From positions 13,392,001-13,456,000 of the forward strand of contig OZ059894.1 in assembly GCA_964057225.1 (NCBI GenBank): a stretch of 64,000 bases of DNA, given 5' to 3'. How positions within the stretch are numbered: the first letter of the stretch is position 1; every line of letters begins with the position of its first letter. This document shows positions 40,784-54,452 of this stretch, in pieces. Source of the DNA: Auanema rhodensis. Its lineage: Eukaryota > Animalia > Nematoda. The notes beneath the pieces were generated by a model, which saw only the letters and a program-made list of their open reading frames with translations, ran no database searches and was not told the DNA's origin. The translations under genes and the position numbers were made by a program.

Positions 40784-41980
40784 ATATCTTAATTTTTAAA
40801 AGACACTTTCTGTGTTAATGCATCTTGAGTTTCGGACTTTTCCAATCTGTTCCTCGTCCAAACTTCTTTATTTTAATTATAGCGTAATAATATTTGGACT
40901 TAATTGTGTTTACCTCAAGTTTATGTTTTAATCACCTGTTTTCTGCGCAGCTTATATTCCCTCCTACTTATTTTTATACCAGGAAACCGGTGATTTCAAC
41001 ATCTAATTTAATCTAGTTGCTATAAAGTATGGGTAAACCCGTAACGCTCTTAATTTTCTGTGAGTTAGGTTTCTCTCCCTTTTATAGGTTCCAATATATG
41101 TATAATACGTTCAGCTAAAAGCTTTGTTGTCCTTTTTATATTCACTATCAGCTTATATTGTCTTGACTGCGTGTTTAAATTATTTTGTTCCGCAGATTTA
41201 TTCCTCCCATTTTGTATTATAATAATTATCAGAACTATCCCCTTTTCATGCTCTTACGGTTCCACCTCTCATTGTGGTTTTATTGCACGAAATTCCGATT
41301 TGTTCCGTTGTCGTGCATTACTGCATTTTCATATGATCTTCATGTATTAGTAATCATCACTAAGAATAAATGCTGTCAAGATTACTATTCCATAATTATT
41401 TGAATTTCTGCAGTTATTGTTATTATTATCGAGTTTTAATAAAAATTTAAACCATAAAGTACTTCTTAACTTTTTCTTTCCCATTCTTGTAGTTTAATAT
41501 CTAGAAAAAAATTTATATGTTGAAATTGCTGTTGGAATTCACTTCAATGGTTTCCAAAAATTAGATTTATTGAAAAAAAAAAGAAATTTCTCTTGAGACA
41601 TCAATCATTCAGTACATCTGGCTAGACTTGTTTATTTTTGTCACTCCCTCTTAGTCATTATTTGAACTACTGCCTCATTTTGAATGATTCAAACATCCAT
41701 ATTTTAAGACTTATGTGGTATGTTTTTTTGCTTACTAAGGTGCAGAATATATCTTTGAAATAATCATTTTAAGTAGCTGTTTAATTTATTCCAAACTTTA
41801 CTTTTCAACGAAATGATGTGAATAAGATCAAAACAAAAATTGACGTCACTAAGTTTTAACTTGTGTTCTCGCAGAGTTTTTTTTTAATGAGTCATACTTC
41901 ACTAATTTTTATTACGCCTCATTCAAACTTGAAACTATCATCTTTATGTGTAGTTCTAGGTTGTGTAGCCTTTTTGACAA

Positions 41981-42008
41981 TTTTCGGCGGGAACATTGCT
42001 ATTTCAAA
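41981..42008 (+). promoter_or_regulatory. E2F-like site plus CHR-like element (candidate DREAM promoter) upstream of the RhoGAP
   Basis: TTTTCGGCGGGAA followed by TTTCAAA at the start of a GC-rich island. Confidence 0.4.
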
Positions 42009-43398
42009 TGTGCGTCGGCTGACCGGCCGCGGTCGCGCAGGACTGTTCCAGGCTGGCCGGACCTCGATTTGTCATAAGAATGTTATTGATCCGTCTCGAT
42101 TATGAGGCTACTTCTCGTCTTTCCCACTCCCTTATCATCGTTTAATTCTGCCATTCTTAAAATTTCTCAATATCTTTAATTTTTTCAGATTTCAGGGTTA
42201 AAGCGTATCGACTGCTTTTTCTTCCCTCCTTTTTTAACAGACAATCATTGCAATTTTTGACTGTTTATTTCTATGGCATTGTGGACAATTTCTGATTTGA
42301 ACACACATAGACATATATGTGGAATTATATCTGTTTTATAAAAATAGATAAGATTTTACAATATCGATTAGTTCTACTCATTTTTTAAAAAAAATTGTTT
42401 TTATGTGCTAAATGCTTTTAAAGTTGCCGAGCAATAGTTTTCTTGTCAACAAATTGGTCATATTAAACTATTTTTTCATCTGCTTAATGTTCTTATGGTT
42501 TTTATAATCATACCAACACGTTTCGAGAATTTTGGTTAAAAATCTCATCAGTAGTTTTGTTTTTTGAAGTATCCTGGTTACCCGACGAAACAGATGATAG
42601 TTATTGATATGGATTCCATGTATATTTTCTCCTGATTGTAAGAAAATATGCTTGTCCTCATGCCAGACAAACTAACGATGTTTTTGAATGAAATGTTTCT
42701 GTTGCAATTAGCTTTCTTTTAATTTCTCACATTTATAACATCACAACCTCTTATTATTATATTGACAGCCTTACCAATATCTATTTGACAGCCGCATGTT
42801 TCATGTCTTCATGAAGACGCTTAAGCAGATGAGTATTTGTTTCTTTGGTGTATCCTAAAATATTTGTGGAGTGTATATCAATTGTCGAATATTCTGCGAA
42901 TACTGTTTTTTTCCATTAGTGTAACCAACTTGACATACATTATATTAATTTTTATTCTGAGTGCCCAATACCTTATTTTTGGTTTTAAAAACTTTTGCTT
43001 GCTCAACTGGCTCATTCTTTTATTTTTTTTCTTTACAATCTTGCAAATACAAAAAAAAGCAAAAGTGACCACATTCCAGGTCAGCTGTCTCTGCTTTCAG
43101 CTATTTATTTTCCTCATACCTAAGAGCTAGCAATGCATCATCGGTTATCCTTCAATTACTTTTTTTAATCTTGCTAGGTTTTATCTATGTATATAGTTTG
43201 TCACTTCAATTGTTTTAACTATTCTACTCTTTTCATTTTACATCACAAAATTTCGTTTACCGGTTATGTTCTTGAACATTTGATTAATAGAGTATATTTT
43301 TATAATTTTTAGTATTCATTTCCAGACTTAAGATATTTGTAATTCTAAATATTTTATTCTTGCAATAGACGAATAGCTTATAGTAATGCTTTTTTAGA

Positions 43399-46300
43399 AT
43401 GGTGAGTTTTAATTGAATTTTCCCCCATTATATTATCAGTGATGTGTTCAGCCAGGCTTTCCTGTGATAGTTGGCCATAATGCGGGTAAACCGCCTGGAA
43501 ATCAAACCGGACTCCACGGAAGTGTTCACAAATTGGGACATGTAACGTTTGTTGCTCTCGAACACCTTAAAATATTTTTTATAGGTTCGATCTGTCAATT
43601 TAGAAGTAGAAATATCCATTGATGCAGTTAATTCCGGAGAATCCGTCGGCGGTATCACTAAGATCCAGCTAAAAGATGTTCCCTTGTAAATTCTTATAGA
43701 AACTTTTTATGTGATATAATGCTTTTTAGATTTTTAATTAATGCTTTCAAAATAATCAGCCAGTCCTCAAGTTTAAATATGGAAGGCCTTTTCCGAAAAG
43801 AAGGAAATGCTGCCAGGATCAATCGGAATAATTTGGTTTTTATTGAACTTTGTAATTAACTTCATATTCCGTGTTTCAGGCCTTGTATACAGGGGAAATA
43901 GAGTTCACCTCACATTCAGAAAGATTTACTGTTCATGATATCTGTTCCATGGTTAAACGATTCTTTCGAGACCTCAAAGTTCCTTTAATTTACGGACTGC
44001 CCTTGAAAAAAAAGTTGTTTGCCCTCGTTCAGAAGAGTCTAACTGAAGATGTTTGAAGCTTTAAACATAATCTAATAATTGTTCTATTTAGGTTACCAGA
44101 ATAGATATCACATCACTGTTTGATGCTAAAAGGGATGAAAATGGAAAATTAGTAGCTCCACTTGAACAATCGCATTTGGGAACACTCGGTTTTTTAATGC
44201 GACAGTTGCACTATGTATCATATGTTAGTCTTTTTTTATTTATTTTAGAGTTTTTCAGATCGCCCAACATTCCTCACAGCATCAAATGACTGTAGAGAAT
44301 CTCGCCACTATTTTTGCCCCATCCTTATTTCGTGACGAAGCTCCAAGGAAAAAACCTAAAGACGGTAGACGTGGATCTCATGTATGTGCGGAATCACATG
44401 AAATTTGAATTAAAATTCTTTACAGGAGGATTTGTTAAACAGTGCCAGATCAGAAACTGATCTGCGAATTGCTGCAGTAAAAATTTTAATAGAAAAAGCC
44501 AATTGGATTGGTCTCCCAACTAATTTTTACCTAACTAGTGGAAAACAAAGAAGTGCCTCTTTGGCTCCAACATCTCCGAGGTACATTGAGTGTATGGAGG
44601 AAATAGATAATCTTATTTAGATACCCTCTTGTTCATGATATGGTTAATGTTACAAAAGAGAACATGAAAATCACATCAAAAAGACAATCTATGAAACTAC
44701 CTCGATCTAAAGAAGATAATAGTCACGGCGTGAAAGCTAATGAAAGAAGATCGTCCTCGACACTGAGAGAGCTGTTTTCATTTAATAGACTTCGCCGTAG
44801 AAGCAACAGTAGAGAGCGAGTTCCAGATCGAAGGAGAACGGTTTTCAGCTTTAACATTCTTTTGCATTTGTTTTTTTTTTCAGGTTGAGGTGAAGAGTAC
44901 CATTTATCCTCCAATTCCGCAACCTAAGCAACATTCGAAACCACCATCTCCAGCTCAAAAATTCACTTTGGATATCGAAGATGAAAGTACTCCTGTTCCA
45001 GTAGTTTTTTTTTCTTTAAATGTATCTTAGCATTTTTTTTCTAGAAGTCAAGTTCGCAGAGCAATTCTTCATCCTCAAGACTCTCAAGAAGTCAGCAACA
45101 GCGAAGAGGCCGACAACCTACTCCCGGGCCATCAGAAAAAGTGCTGAAATTTTAATTTCAAATTTATAAGTTGTATTTTAGGCTACTGATGTGGATACTA
45201 CTCCTTTGAGAACAAGCCGTTTAAAAAAAACGGGTACCAGGCAGTCAACATCATCTTCTGATGTTATCAGTGAACAAAAAAGCAAGCCTGTAGTTTTGAC
45301 TCAAAACAGTCCTGAAATTAATAGTGCTACTATTTACAGATAGTTGCCAGGGATCATCCAGATTCGATGTTTGGTGAAGACGCGTTTGACGCAGATTTAA
45401 GAAAAGAACGACAGCTTCAAAGGAGGAGGCGTCATACTACGCCAGTGAAGACTAATGCTCTGAGGTTTTCATGCGTTGAAATTATGTTTTTTTAATATTT
45501 TATTTTTCAGAAGGAACCAACCTAATTCACAGCACTCCGGTTTGCGCTTACCGAAACGACGAGTAACCCTCACTGCCCGCGAGGAACAGGAGAAAGAAGT
45601 AGGGTATGACAATATTTCAAAATCTAAAAATGGGGTTCAGAATGATCCGAAGAGAAGGAGTCTTTCTGCTGATCGCAGCTATATTCAAGATTTAGAAGAC
45701 ATTGATCATTGTAATGACAGTCTGAACTCGACCACCGATATCCTCGAGCAAGTAAAAAACTTGTTATGTTTCTTTCCATTTGTGTATCGACATTGCAGAG
45801 AGGATATGAATCTAGAATGCGTAGGTTACGAATGAACAGGCGGAAAGAGAATTCTTTATTAAATTCGTCTGGAAAGTTGGTGGATGTAGCAACTTCTCCT
45901 ATGGTTGTGATTGCTAATGAAAATGTAAAGTTTTTTTTATTGCATTTGTCACAATTTCAATTCAGACCACAACACCTTTGCGAAGTGTTGGTTCTGCCAC
46001 AATTAGTGAAAAGGTTGTTATTTCTACTGATAACGAAGTAACATCTCAGCAGCTTCTACAGCAATTATATACACCACGCTCAATTGATCTAACAGATTCA
46101 GCAGAGAAAAAGTCAAAATTTGGTTTACTAAACTATTTAATTTATTGCTGTGTTTTTAGTTCTCCAACACAGTCACCAGTTAATACTGAATTACCACAAT
46201 CATCTCCTGTGGTGTTATACTCAGGTATTTGCATCGCCTTTTCAAAATATAAAATATATTTAAGTGGTAAATAATCCTCCCGTAATAGAGGTTATGTCTC

Positions 46301-47164
46301 CTGATCCACCACCTTTACCAGGAGCTCCCCCTCCTCCTGCGAGTACATCTGGGTTTCGTCCACAGTTGGCAGCTCAGCATTCCCTCGACTCTCAAATGAG
46401 TCGTGTTCCTGTAAATTCTATTTGCTTTTTCTTGTTACTTTTTCTTTTAGATTGCTAAACCCCCTCTTCAAAAAATGATCTCAGCTGACCGAAAAGAGAA
46501 GCCTACTATTATGCCAAAGCCAGTATCACTTAACAAGGTTTGATATAGATTTTGTATCTGTTCTTCAAAAGCCTACTTAAGAATTCACCTTTACAACGAC
46601 GAGGTGTTTCCCTATCATGCATTGGACAGCCTGATTCCCCTATTCGATCTGTAGGGGACGATGACTTTGCTGATTCTGATGCTATTCGCCAGAAAATTTT
46701 ATCGTCTACCTCAGGAGATTGGGTATTTTTGAAAATCTCATTAATGAATATAAACAATGATATCATTTAGAATATGGGTTCCAGGAAAGCTTTAGACCAA
46801 AGGCCATCAGTTGCTTTCATTAGAAATAATAATTGTGGAATGGTTAGAGAACGTGTTAATTTGTTCAGTCAAATGAATGTAATGGAAACTATTAGTGGAC
46901 GGGTATGTAGAACAATTGGTTGGATGTAATTAATCATATATTTTAGTCATCCGCCATGTCTAACCGTACCTCCCTAGGAGGAAATTCAACTATAAGCGAT
47001 CATGATGATATCAAACCGTCTGCTCCTCCGGTCGGTCATGGCATATCCATGGGTCGAAGGTATACTACCGTTATATGTTTTGAAATACTCCTTCATTCAG
47101 ATCCACATCCTCAATGCTATCTAATGCATACATATCTCCAGGTGCTTCTCCTCGACCCACCTGA
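43399..47164 (+). CDS. RhoGAP with N-terminal GAP domain and long disordered tail (ARHGAP11 / RGA-3/4-like)
   Basis: EGLFRKEGNAARI (arginine finger), VHDICSMVKRFFRDL, HQMTVENLATIFAPSLF; C-terminal RPSVAFIR...GMVRERVNLF. Confidence 0.88.
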
Positions 47165-47686
47165 GTCATCTAATGTAGATAAATCTAATTCGTGTTGTTT
47201 AAAGTCGGGAGCATTCATCCCGGTGTCAAATGTTGATTATAGTTTTGTTGGTCCAAGTAATCAACTTTTGTTTATTTATTGACTATTAATTCAATAAAAC
47301 AATATCGAATCTTACAATAATTTTATATATTTTTAAAGTTTTATCCCTTCTAAGTTTAAGATGCCGAATTTGTTATAGAATGGTAATATTATTACATTAT
47401 ATTTATTTCGTTGGTCAATATTTCGTAATTCATTCATTTTGCTTTTCTAATCACTTCCTCACTACATTCGGCTTTATATCATTAAAACCTTCATCAACGA
47501 ATCGAAATAAAACATAATATTATTGGTGCTTGCCTGCTGCTAGTTATTATATAATTTTAGCATAAAATAAAGCCTGTCAGGGGGCTGAGAGCATAGCTCA
47601 TTTTCCTTTCTCCGGTTCTCTTCTTGGTTGTAAGTATTTCGCTTATAATCCGCTTCTCATTTGGTGAAAGCAGAACCTTTCACTAC

Positions 47687-47700
47687 GTTGTCATGGAAAC
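47687..47700 (+). promoter_or_regulatory. X-box (RFX/DAF-19 site)
   Basis: GTTGTC-AT-GGAAAC matches RTHNYYWTRRNRAC, about 85 bp upstream of a ciliary gene ATG. Confidence 0.85.
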
Positions 47701-47785
47701 CTGACGAAGGAGACGCTCCCGCAAGAAACTTCTACTGCTCTTATCGATTGTCAGAAGCTTTGAACAGCTAACTGACTTGTTTAAA

Positions 47786-49832
47786 ATGCGTCGTTTATCT
47801 ATGAAAAAAGACCCTAACAAAGATATTATGAATAAGTTGCATGATTTCTTGTCTTCTTCTATTTGGGCTTTGCCAATTGCTACATTTATTGAACAACGTT
47901 CAATAGGTATAAACCTATCTCATCCATTTATGTCGATCTGCTTTTACAGTATTCGACCGAAGCCATGGTGATGCAGCATTCGAAGAATACCACGGCGTTC
48001 ATGCACTTTATAAAGAATTGGTTAATACCCTGCTTGAATGTTTTTGCGGTGACACAAATATTCCTTGGGAAAAACTGCAAGAGGCTTTGTTGAATTGCCA
48101 AAAAGAAAAATTATCGGTGAAACAAAGGGTTTGTTTATATTTATTAAAATGTTGACAAGGACGTGAGAATGAAGACATTAATTTTATTTTTGTCAAAAAA
48201 TTCTCTTTTTTTTCTCTCAATTGCCTTTTTTGTGTTATTGTCTTAATTTTGATATATGCTATTTTGTAAACTCGAAGGAAGAAAAAAATTATGTCTAAGC
48301 TTAATCTTCCTTGTTCGCCTCGTAAATATGTCATGTGCCGGAGAGTGAAAACGACTTTAGTAGTCATTGCTAATTTTTTAAAAAATTTATTTTTTGAAAA
48401 TAATCTAAAATTAAATTAATAAAAGGAGTTATGAAATAAACATAAATGCTCTTAATTTTATTATTTAGTATTTGCATTTGTAGACTAATCTTGAACCATT
48501 AGCTGCTGCAAGTGATTTTGATGTTTTCGTACCAATGATGATGCGAAAAAACGTGGAACTTCAACTACAAGCTCTACAAATGATTGAAGTATACTTATAT
48601 TGATGCTTTTTTAAGTTCTTACATTTTTCAGTTTTTGTGTGGGCTTATTCCCACCGTATTGCAAATAGAAGATGGCGAGACACTGAAAGATAAAAAAGTG
48701 CTGTCTCCTGAAGAAACAGAAAGATATGTTCTTATATCTGTGATGAGGTAATAATCAAATACATTTTTGTTATAAGATTCTTTTAATAGACAAAGTAAAG
48801 AAGAATTTGATAAGCAATATGGTAAAGATCTACGAGAAGATCTTGAAAGAGTTGCTCGAGATGGGGAAGAACAACGACTACGCTTAACACGAGAAAGGGA
48901 GCGAGAAGAACTGCTCATTGAGAAGGCTATGACGGATCATAATGTAGCTATTGTAAGGGTGATGTTTTTAGATAAATAGATAAGATAAATAGATAGATAA
49001 CTTGTTGTTTTCTAGGTTTCTTCCACACCTGAAAAAAGTAATATTGAAAAAGTTCCCACAATCTCAGGGTCTACATCATCGAGACGAACATCAAAAAGCG
49101 TTGAAAGGCCGACATCTCGAAAAACCAGTACTCCAGGGCGAATCAGGAAGTTTGAATATTTTCATTAGCCTACCTGAGTGATGTGTTTCAGACTTGAAAA
49201 CGAAAAGCCAGCTATTGCTGAACGTTCTGAATCGATTTCAAGAAAAAATTCTAGAGAATCTCAGAAAAATCTAAAGGACGTTCGTAGGGTTGAGTTTTTA
49301 AATATTAAACATTACAGAATATAACTCTATTTTGTATCAGAATTTAATCGGAATTTTATTGTTCTTTTAGCCTTCTTTACCAGCCCGTCCCAAAACACAA
49401 GCACAACGTTCGGAAGATTTTTCAGGCCCAGAGTTCGGGCCTCGTCGTAAAAATGTGAACGACGTTCACGTATGTTTGCTTTTTTTATTTTATGGCTCCA
49501 AATTGAATCTGATTATAGGCAAAATTACTGGAAACTGATCGATTAAATACAGCTGATGTAGAAGGCCGGCGTCAATATTTGCAACAACAAAGGGATAAAT
49601 TGCTCACTATGAAAAATGTAGAACGCCAAAAACAACTCGAGGTAATATTTTTTTGTCTTCTACAAATATAAGTATTGGCCAGGTTATTTCGGCTAAAGTA
49701 CAACAAGAACGACCCAGAACCGCAAAAGCAGCACGTGGAGCAATGAGAGGAAATCAAAATAATGATGAAGTTATTGCTCAACGAAGAGTACTAGCAAGCA
49801 AACTGAAAGCAGAGATAGCCGAGATAGGATAG
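47786..49832 (+). CDS. cfap-36: CFAP36/CCDC104 (BART domain, ARL3-binding ciliary protein)
   Basis: FLSSSIWALPIATFIEQRSIVFD...YKELVNTLL...DFDVFVPMMMRKNVELQLQAL; C-terminal RQYLQQQRDKLL. Confidence 0.9.
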
Positions 49833-50059
49833 AAACTGTTTAGAAAAGCAATTTTATTTTAAATTCTGCAAATAAAAAGTTACAACCGTGAGATCGAAAA
49901 CCTAATACAAAGGAATGTTTTCTGAAAACATAATATTGTGCAAAACGTTTGTATACAGAAAGTATTTACTGTACTATGTGCTCGAAGCCAAATCAAATAA
50001 AAATATACCTCAATAACTTGATCAATCTAATATTACAAGAAATTAGGACTCAATATAAT

Positions 50060-51306
50060 TTATGAAGACGGTAATTGATCGATAGGGGTTACGAATTGGA
50101 AATCTTCTGGGAATAGTTCGCCAGCTCTTGGATAAAACAGCTTATACGTTTGCTTAACAGTAACTTCGGCGGCTCCAGCGATATCACCAATTTCTGTAAT
50201 GGAATCATTTAGATGTAATTTAAATTCGTCGTTTCGTTACCCTTTGCTGATCGTTTCTCTGCGGATGCTTGAGAAGCCATGTATATGGCTGCAGCGGCAA
50301 TAGAAATAGGAGAGCGTCTTAAAAGTTTAGTGTTATAGCATATACTAAACAGTGGTAAGAATATTATAAAAACATACCCAGCTACCAAATCCATATCTAC
50401 AGCTCTTTTTGCGATACGAGTAGCGCACACCTGTCATATATAAATTTAAACTTTTAAAAAAACACTACACTGTACCTTCACCGAGTTCGATAGATTGAGC
50501 CTTGCACAGAAACGAGACATAAAATCGGCAGATGTAATTTGTTTTAGGTTAGTTTCCATGCTCTTGATGATTAATTTGAAACACCTTCCAATTTCTTTTT
50601 TCGAAACACGAGAAGCCGCACATATTTCTTTAAGATAATTAATATATAAAAATTCATTTTAATTAAAACCTTTAAATGTACGTGGTACATCATCCTTACG
50701 ACAAGCAATGTAAAGACATGCTGCGGCTTGAGCTTCATTATTTTTGCCCTTCAAGGCCTTACCATCAAGAACATCTTTAAATAACTTAGCTGCCATATCC
50801 TGAACGTACATTCTTTTTTTTTTTTTTAAATATCAACCGACTTGAATATTTTTTGTAAGATGAATTCTTTCGGACATTTCACGAATAACACTCATTGCTT
50901 GATTCATTTGGCGGTCAGTATTATTCATACTTTTCCGTTGAGAATTTGCCAGACTATGACAGGTAAACTAGTGAATAAGTCACCTCATCGAAATCATACC
51001 TGTTATCACTATCAGAGCTACCAAATCCAATAGCAATACTAGTGGAAAGATCACTTCCAGAGAGGAGGGGATTTTCAGGTGCTCCAACACGGGACGGATC
51101 AGTTCCGCTCCTTTCATTCGAAAACGATCGCCATTCTGTACCTACATCTACTAATCTATAAATGAAAAAATGAAAAAAAATAGCTTTCAATTCATAATTC
51201 TATACCTGTCGCCTACAACTAAACCACATTCAGGACAAATAATATCACCGGCCCTATGATCTTCTACAAGATGAGTTCCAGGGTGAATAGGGCACTGCAA
51301 AGCCAT
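50060..51306 (-). CDS. ttb-1: General transcription factor IIB
   Basis: CPIH...[51 protein letters not shown]. Confidence 0.97.
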
Positions 51307-51734
51307 TCCCGCTGAAAGATGATTCAAAACTATTTTGGTAAACATATAACTCATAAGCTACAAGCAAAATTATAACATAAGGAAAGCTAGAACGACAATA
51401 ACTTTAGAAAAAAAAAATTTTCCCCAAACAAGCGAAAAGCTGATAATGAACCAAAAAAAAAGCTAACACACTGGCGTACTTTAGGTGTCAGTGTTGGGTA
51501 TATTCACCTCTTAGCAAACAGTACCTAATTGAATGACTCACGTTTTTAGTAAAGTATTAGAAAGATCGGGTCAGCTTGTTCACAACTTAACGTATAGTTG
51601 AACACAAAATATAGAAGACGTTTATTGAAAGATAAGAAAATTCCACAAGAACCCTTTTTAAAAACATAGGACATCATCAGGACATATATATGGAAAAATA
51701 TGTACAAATAAATATTTTATCATTGAAAACCCGA

Positions 51735-54198
51735 TCAGCATTTGGCAAGAAGTTTGGTAGCCTCATCAAGAAGAGCGATTTCAGCATCATCAACAGGTTT
51801 CATTTGCTTAGCAATAAGCAAGAATTTCTTAGCGTTAGCCTGGAAAAAAAATCAGTAATTAAAATATACTTTTTCCTTTTTATGTACTTTGTCACTTTTT
51901 TGAATATAACAACGAGCGATGTAAATTAAATTTTCAATCCATTCTTGTTTCTGTTCATATGCATTAAGAAAATCCTTCAAAGCCTCCTCAAAGGTCGCAG
52001 ATGGAGGGGTTCCATACAAAACGGAGGCAGCCTGATAAAATACCTTGCAATAAATTAAACAGAATATAACTACCTTTCTCTCAAGCCATGTAAGTCCAGC
52101 TACAGAAAATGAATATCTACCTCTCATATGTAATAAAGAATACTCCTTTGGGTCCATATTTAAAGCTTTGTCAAGATACTCCTAAACACCATAAAGTTAT
52201 TTGGTTTAAATATAGTTTAACAAAGTTTACTTTGAATTTTCCACCTTGCTCAATTTTTTCTTTGGTTCCAAGATAATCCGTGCATTGTCCTGTCATCACA
52301 GCTGCCCATTTAACAGCAGAAAAATTGTTTTCATCTACTGTCATAGCGTCAACTCCATATTGTCTACCTAAACAATATTTGTATCTAAAATTAAATAACT
52401 GGGATTAAACCTTCAAACAATAGTTCTTTTTTCTTGTTTTTATCGACAGTTCTACATGCAACCTCATGGCACGATTTGGCTAAACGCCAAAGGAGTTCCG
52501 CATTACTTTTTTCTCCATCAACGTAATGCTGTATATAGAGGGGGGACTAAAGGAATACGCAAAAAAAGTAGTTTTCATGATTTTCAAATCAACGTTTAGC
52601 AAAAAAGTACAATATATGAAAAATATAATTAGAAATACCTTCTTTAAACTATCATAAGCCTTGGCAACATCATCAGTTCCAAAAAGTAGATCAACATCAT
52701 TGAAAGACTAAAAACAAACAGTTAACTTAAAAAGTATAGTTGAAGGTGATCCTCAACCCCAACACTAACCATCCTTATGAAAAACCCGAGTCAAATAGAC
52801 GAAAGTAAAGCGAAACCCTGTAGAGTCCGAAATAAATGAATCAAAACGAGATAAAGAGAACAAGAACAACGCAAGCAGCACTAATCATTTAAAAAATTTT
52901 TGAATAACTATCTTATCAGCAACATTTGTTTGATGAGTTCTTGTTTGATAGTCACATTGTCTTTCAATTAATCTAATAACCAAAACAGTTTAACAAACTA
53001 CAAACTACTTCACAAAAAAGTAAGAAAATAAATGTTGACAATATTATAAGTATAGAAAAGAAAATTATATAGAATTTAATGTATATAATTCATGAGAGTG
53101 CTCAATAGAAAAGCGCGAAAACAGATATTTAAAAATTAGTTCAAAGTACACGTTCTCACGTTGAAAATTATTCTCGATCGAATGGCGGAAAAACCAGATT
53201 GTCATAGGTCAATGTGATACGAGGCAAACAACAACAAAAAAAGGAGTACCAGACATCAAAAATGATTAGATGGTACAAATTCATCATGAGACCTCGACAT
53301 CAGGCACCATATGAGTGTTGACGCTCAAACTAGTATTTGGCTATGCCTCAAACAAAAGAAAAGGACCAAAACGTTATGAAAGTTTCGAAGATGTATTAAT
53401 CCAAGAAGTGAGGATAGAAAGTGGTGAGAAGTTAGCGCGGAGCAAACATTTGATCGATTAGTCACTTGCCGATAGTGAGGAAGCGATGATACAGGCTGTC
53501 AATGTTATTGCAGCTGACTAAATCGAGTTAATATTTTATTGGTTAAATCAGGGAATCGCAGCTATATGATAATATAGATAACACAACATATAAAAAATAA
53601 CAAAAACTGACTATTTTAGGAATTGTTATAGAAGGTCTCGAAGGATCGTTCAAACAAGGAATAGTAACAGTGTCGTTATCCCTGAACTAGTTCATGCAAA
53701 ATAGATGTTCATGCACATTTACATTACCATTCCTCGGATGCATCTGCATATTCCCCGTCTGAGGACAATGACTGCGTACTTTTCACTCGATTAATATGAG
53801 ATAGTAATTCAGCTGTATCAATATATTAAAACACTAAGAAAAACTACGTACTTTGATCGCCTTCAAATGTAACTGAGCGTTCGCGAGATTTCATAGGACT
53901 TCTAGCTTTCACTGCCAATGCTTCTACTCTTAATACTTCCACCCGTAATAGATCTACTTCGATACTGAATGCTTATTTATTGACATAGTTCAATATTTTC
54001 TGTACCGTAATTTTCCTAATTCATGCCTAACTAGTTCTCTTTCAAATTGGCTAATTTTATATCTCCGAAAATAGATCAATATACAGTAGCCTACAAAACG
54101 GAATTAATTACTTATCAAAGAGATAGTGAACCTGCAACACTTGATATTGCGGCAACCCCAGCTACTTTCAGGAAGCGATCAGAGACATCAAATAGCAT
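51735..54198 (-). CDS. rmd-2: RMDN-family TPR protein; long membrane-anchored isoform (ATG 54198) and short isoform (ATG-only exon 52770-52772)
   Basis: [54 protein letters not shown]; five upstream exons join in phase to SFNDVD. Confidence 0.88.
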
Positions 54199-54452
54199 AT
54201 TGCCAAGAACTTCCTAAGCACACAAATTGAAATTCAATATATCGTTTAAGTTCAAGCCTGCACATAATGAAAATATACTATTTTAACGCAAATTTCAAAT
54301 GTCGTAATAGATAACATACATTAAATGGAACATATCCACATTTACCTTTAGTTTAATTCAATATTCATCAAACATTTAAAACAAAATAACATTTCATAAG
54401 AACAACAACAAATGAATACGAGTACAATTCGATTATCGTAATAACTTATTGC

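Noticed and set aside
49140-49150. Apparent GA or GC donor in cfap-36
   Set aside because: A canonical GT donor three bases further on gives an in-frame junction
54112-54190. In-frame TGA codons suggesting recoding upstream of RMDN
   Set aside because: Resolved by a 40-nt intron; no readthrough needed
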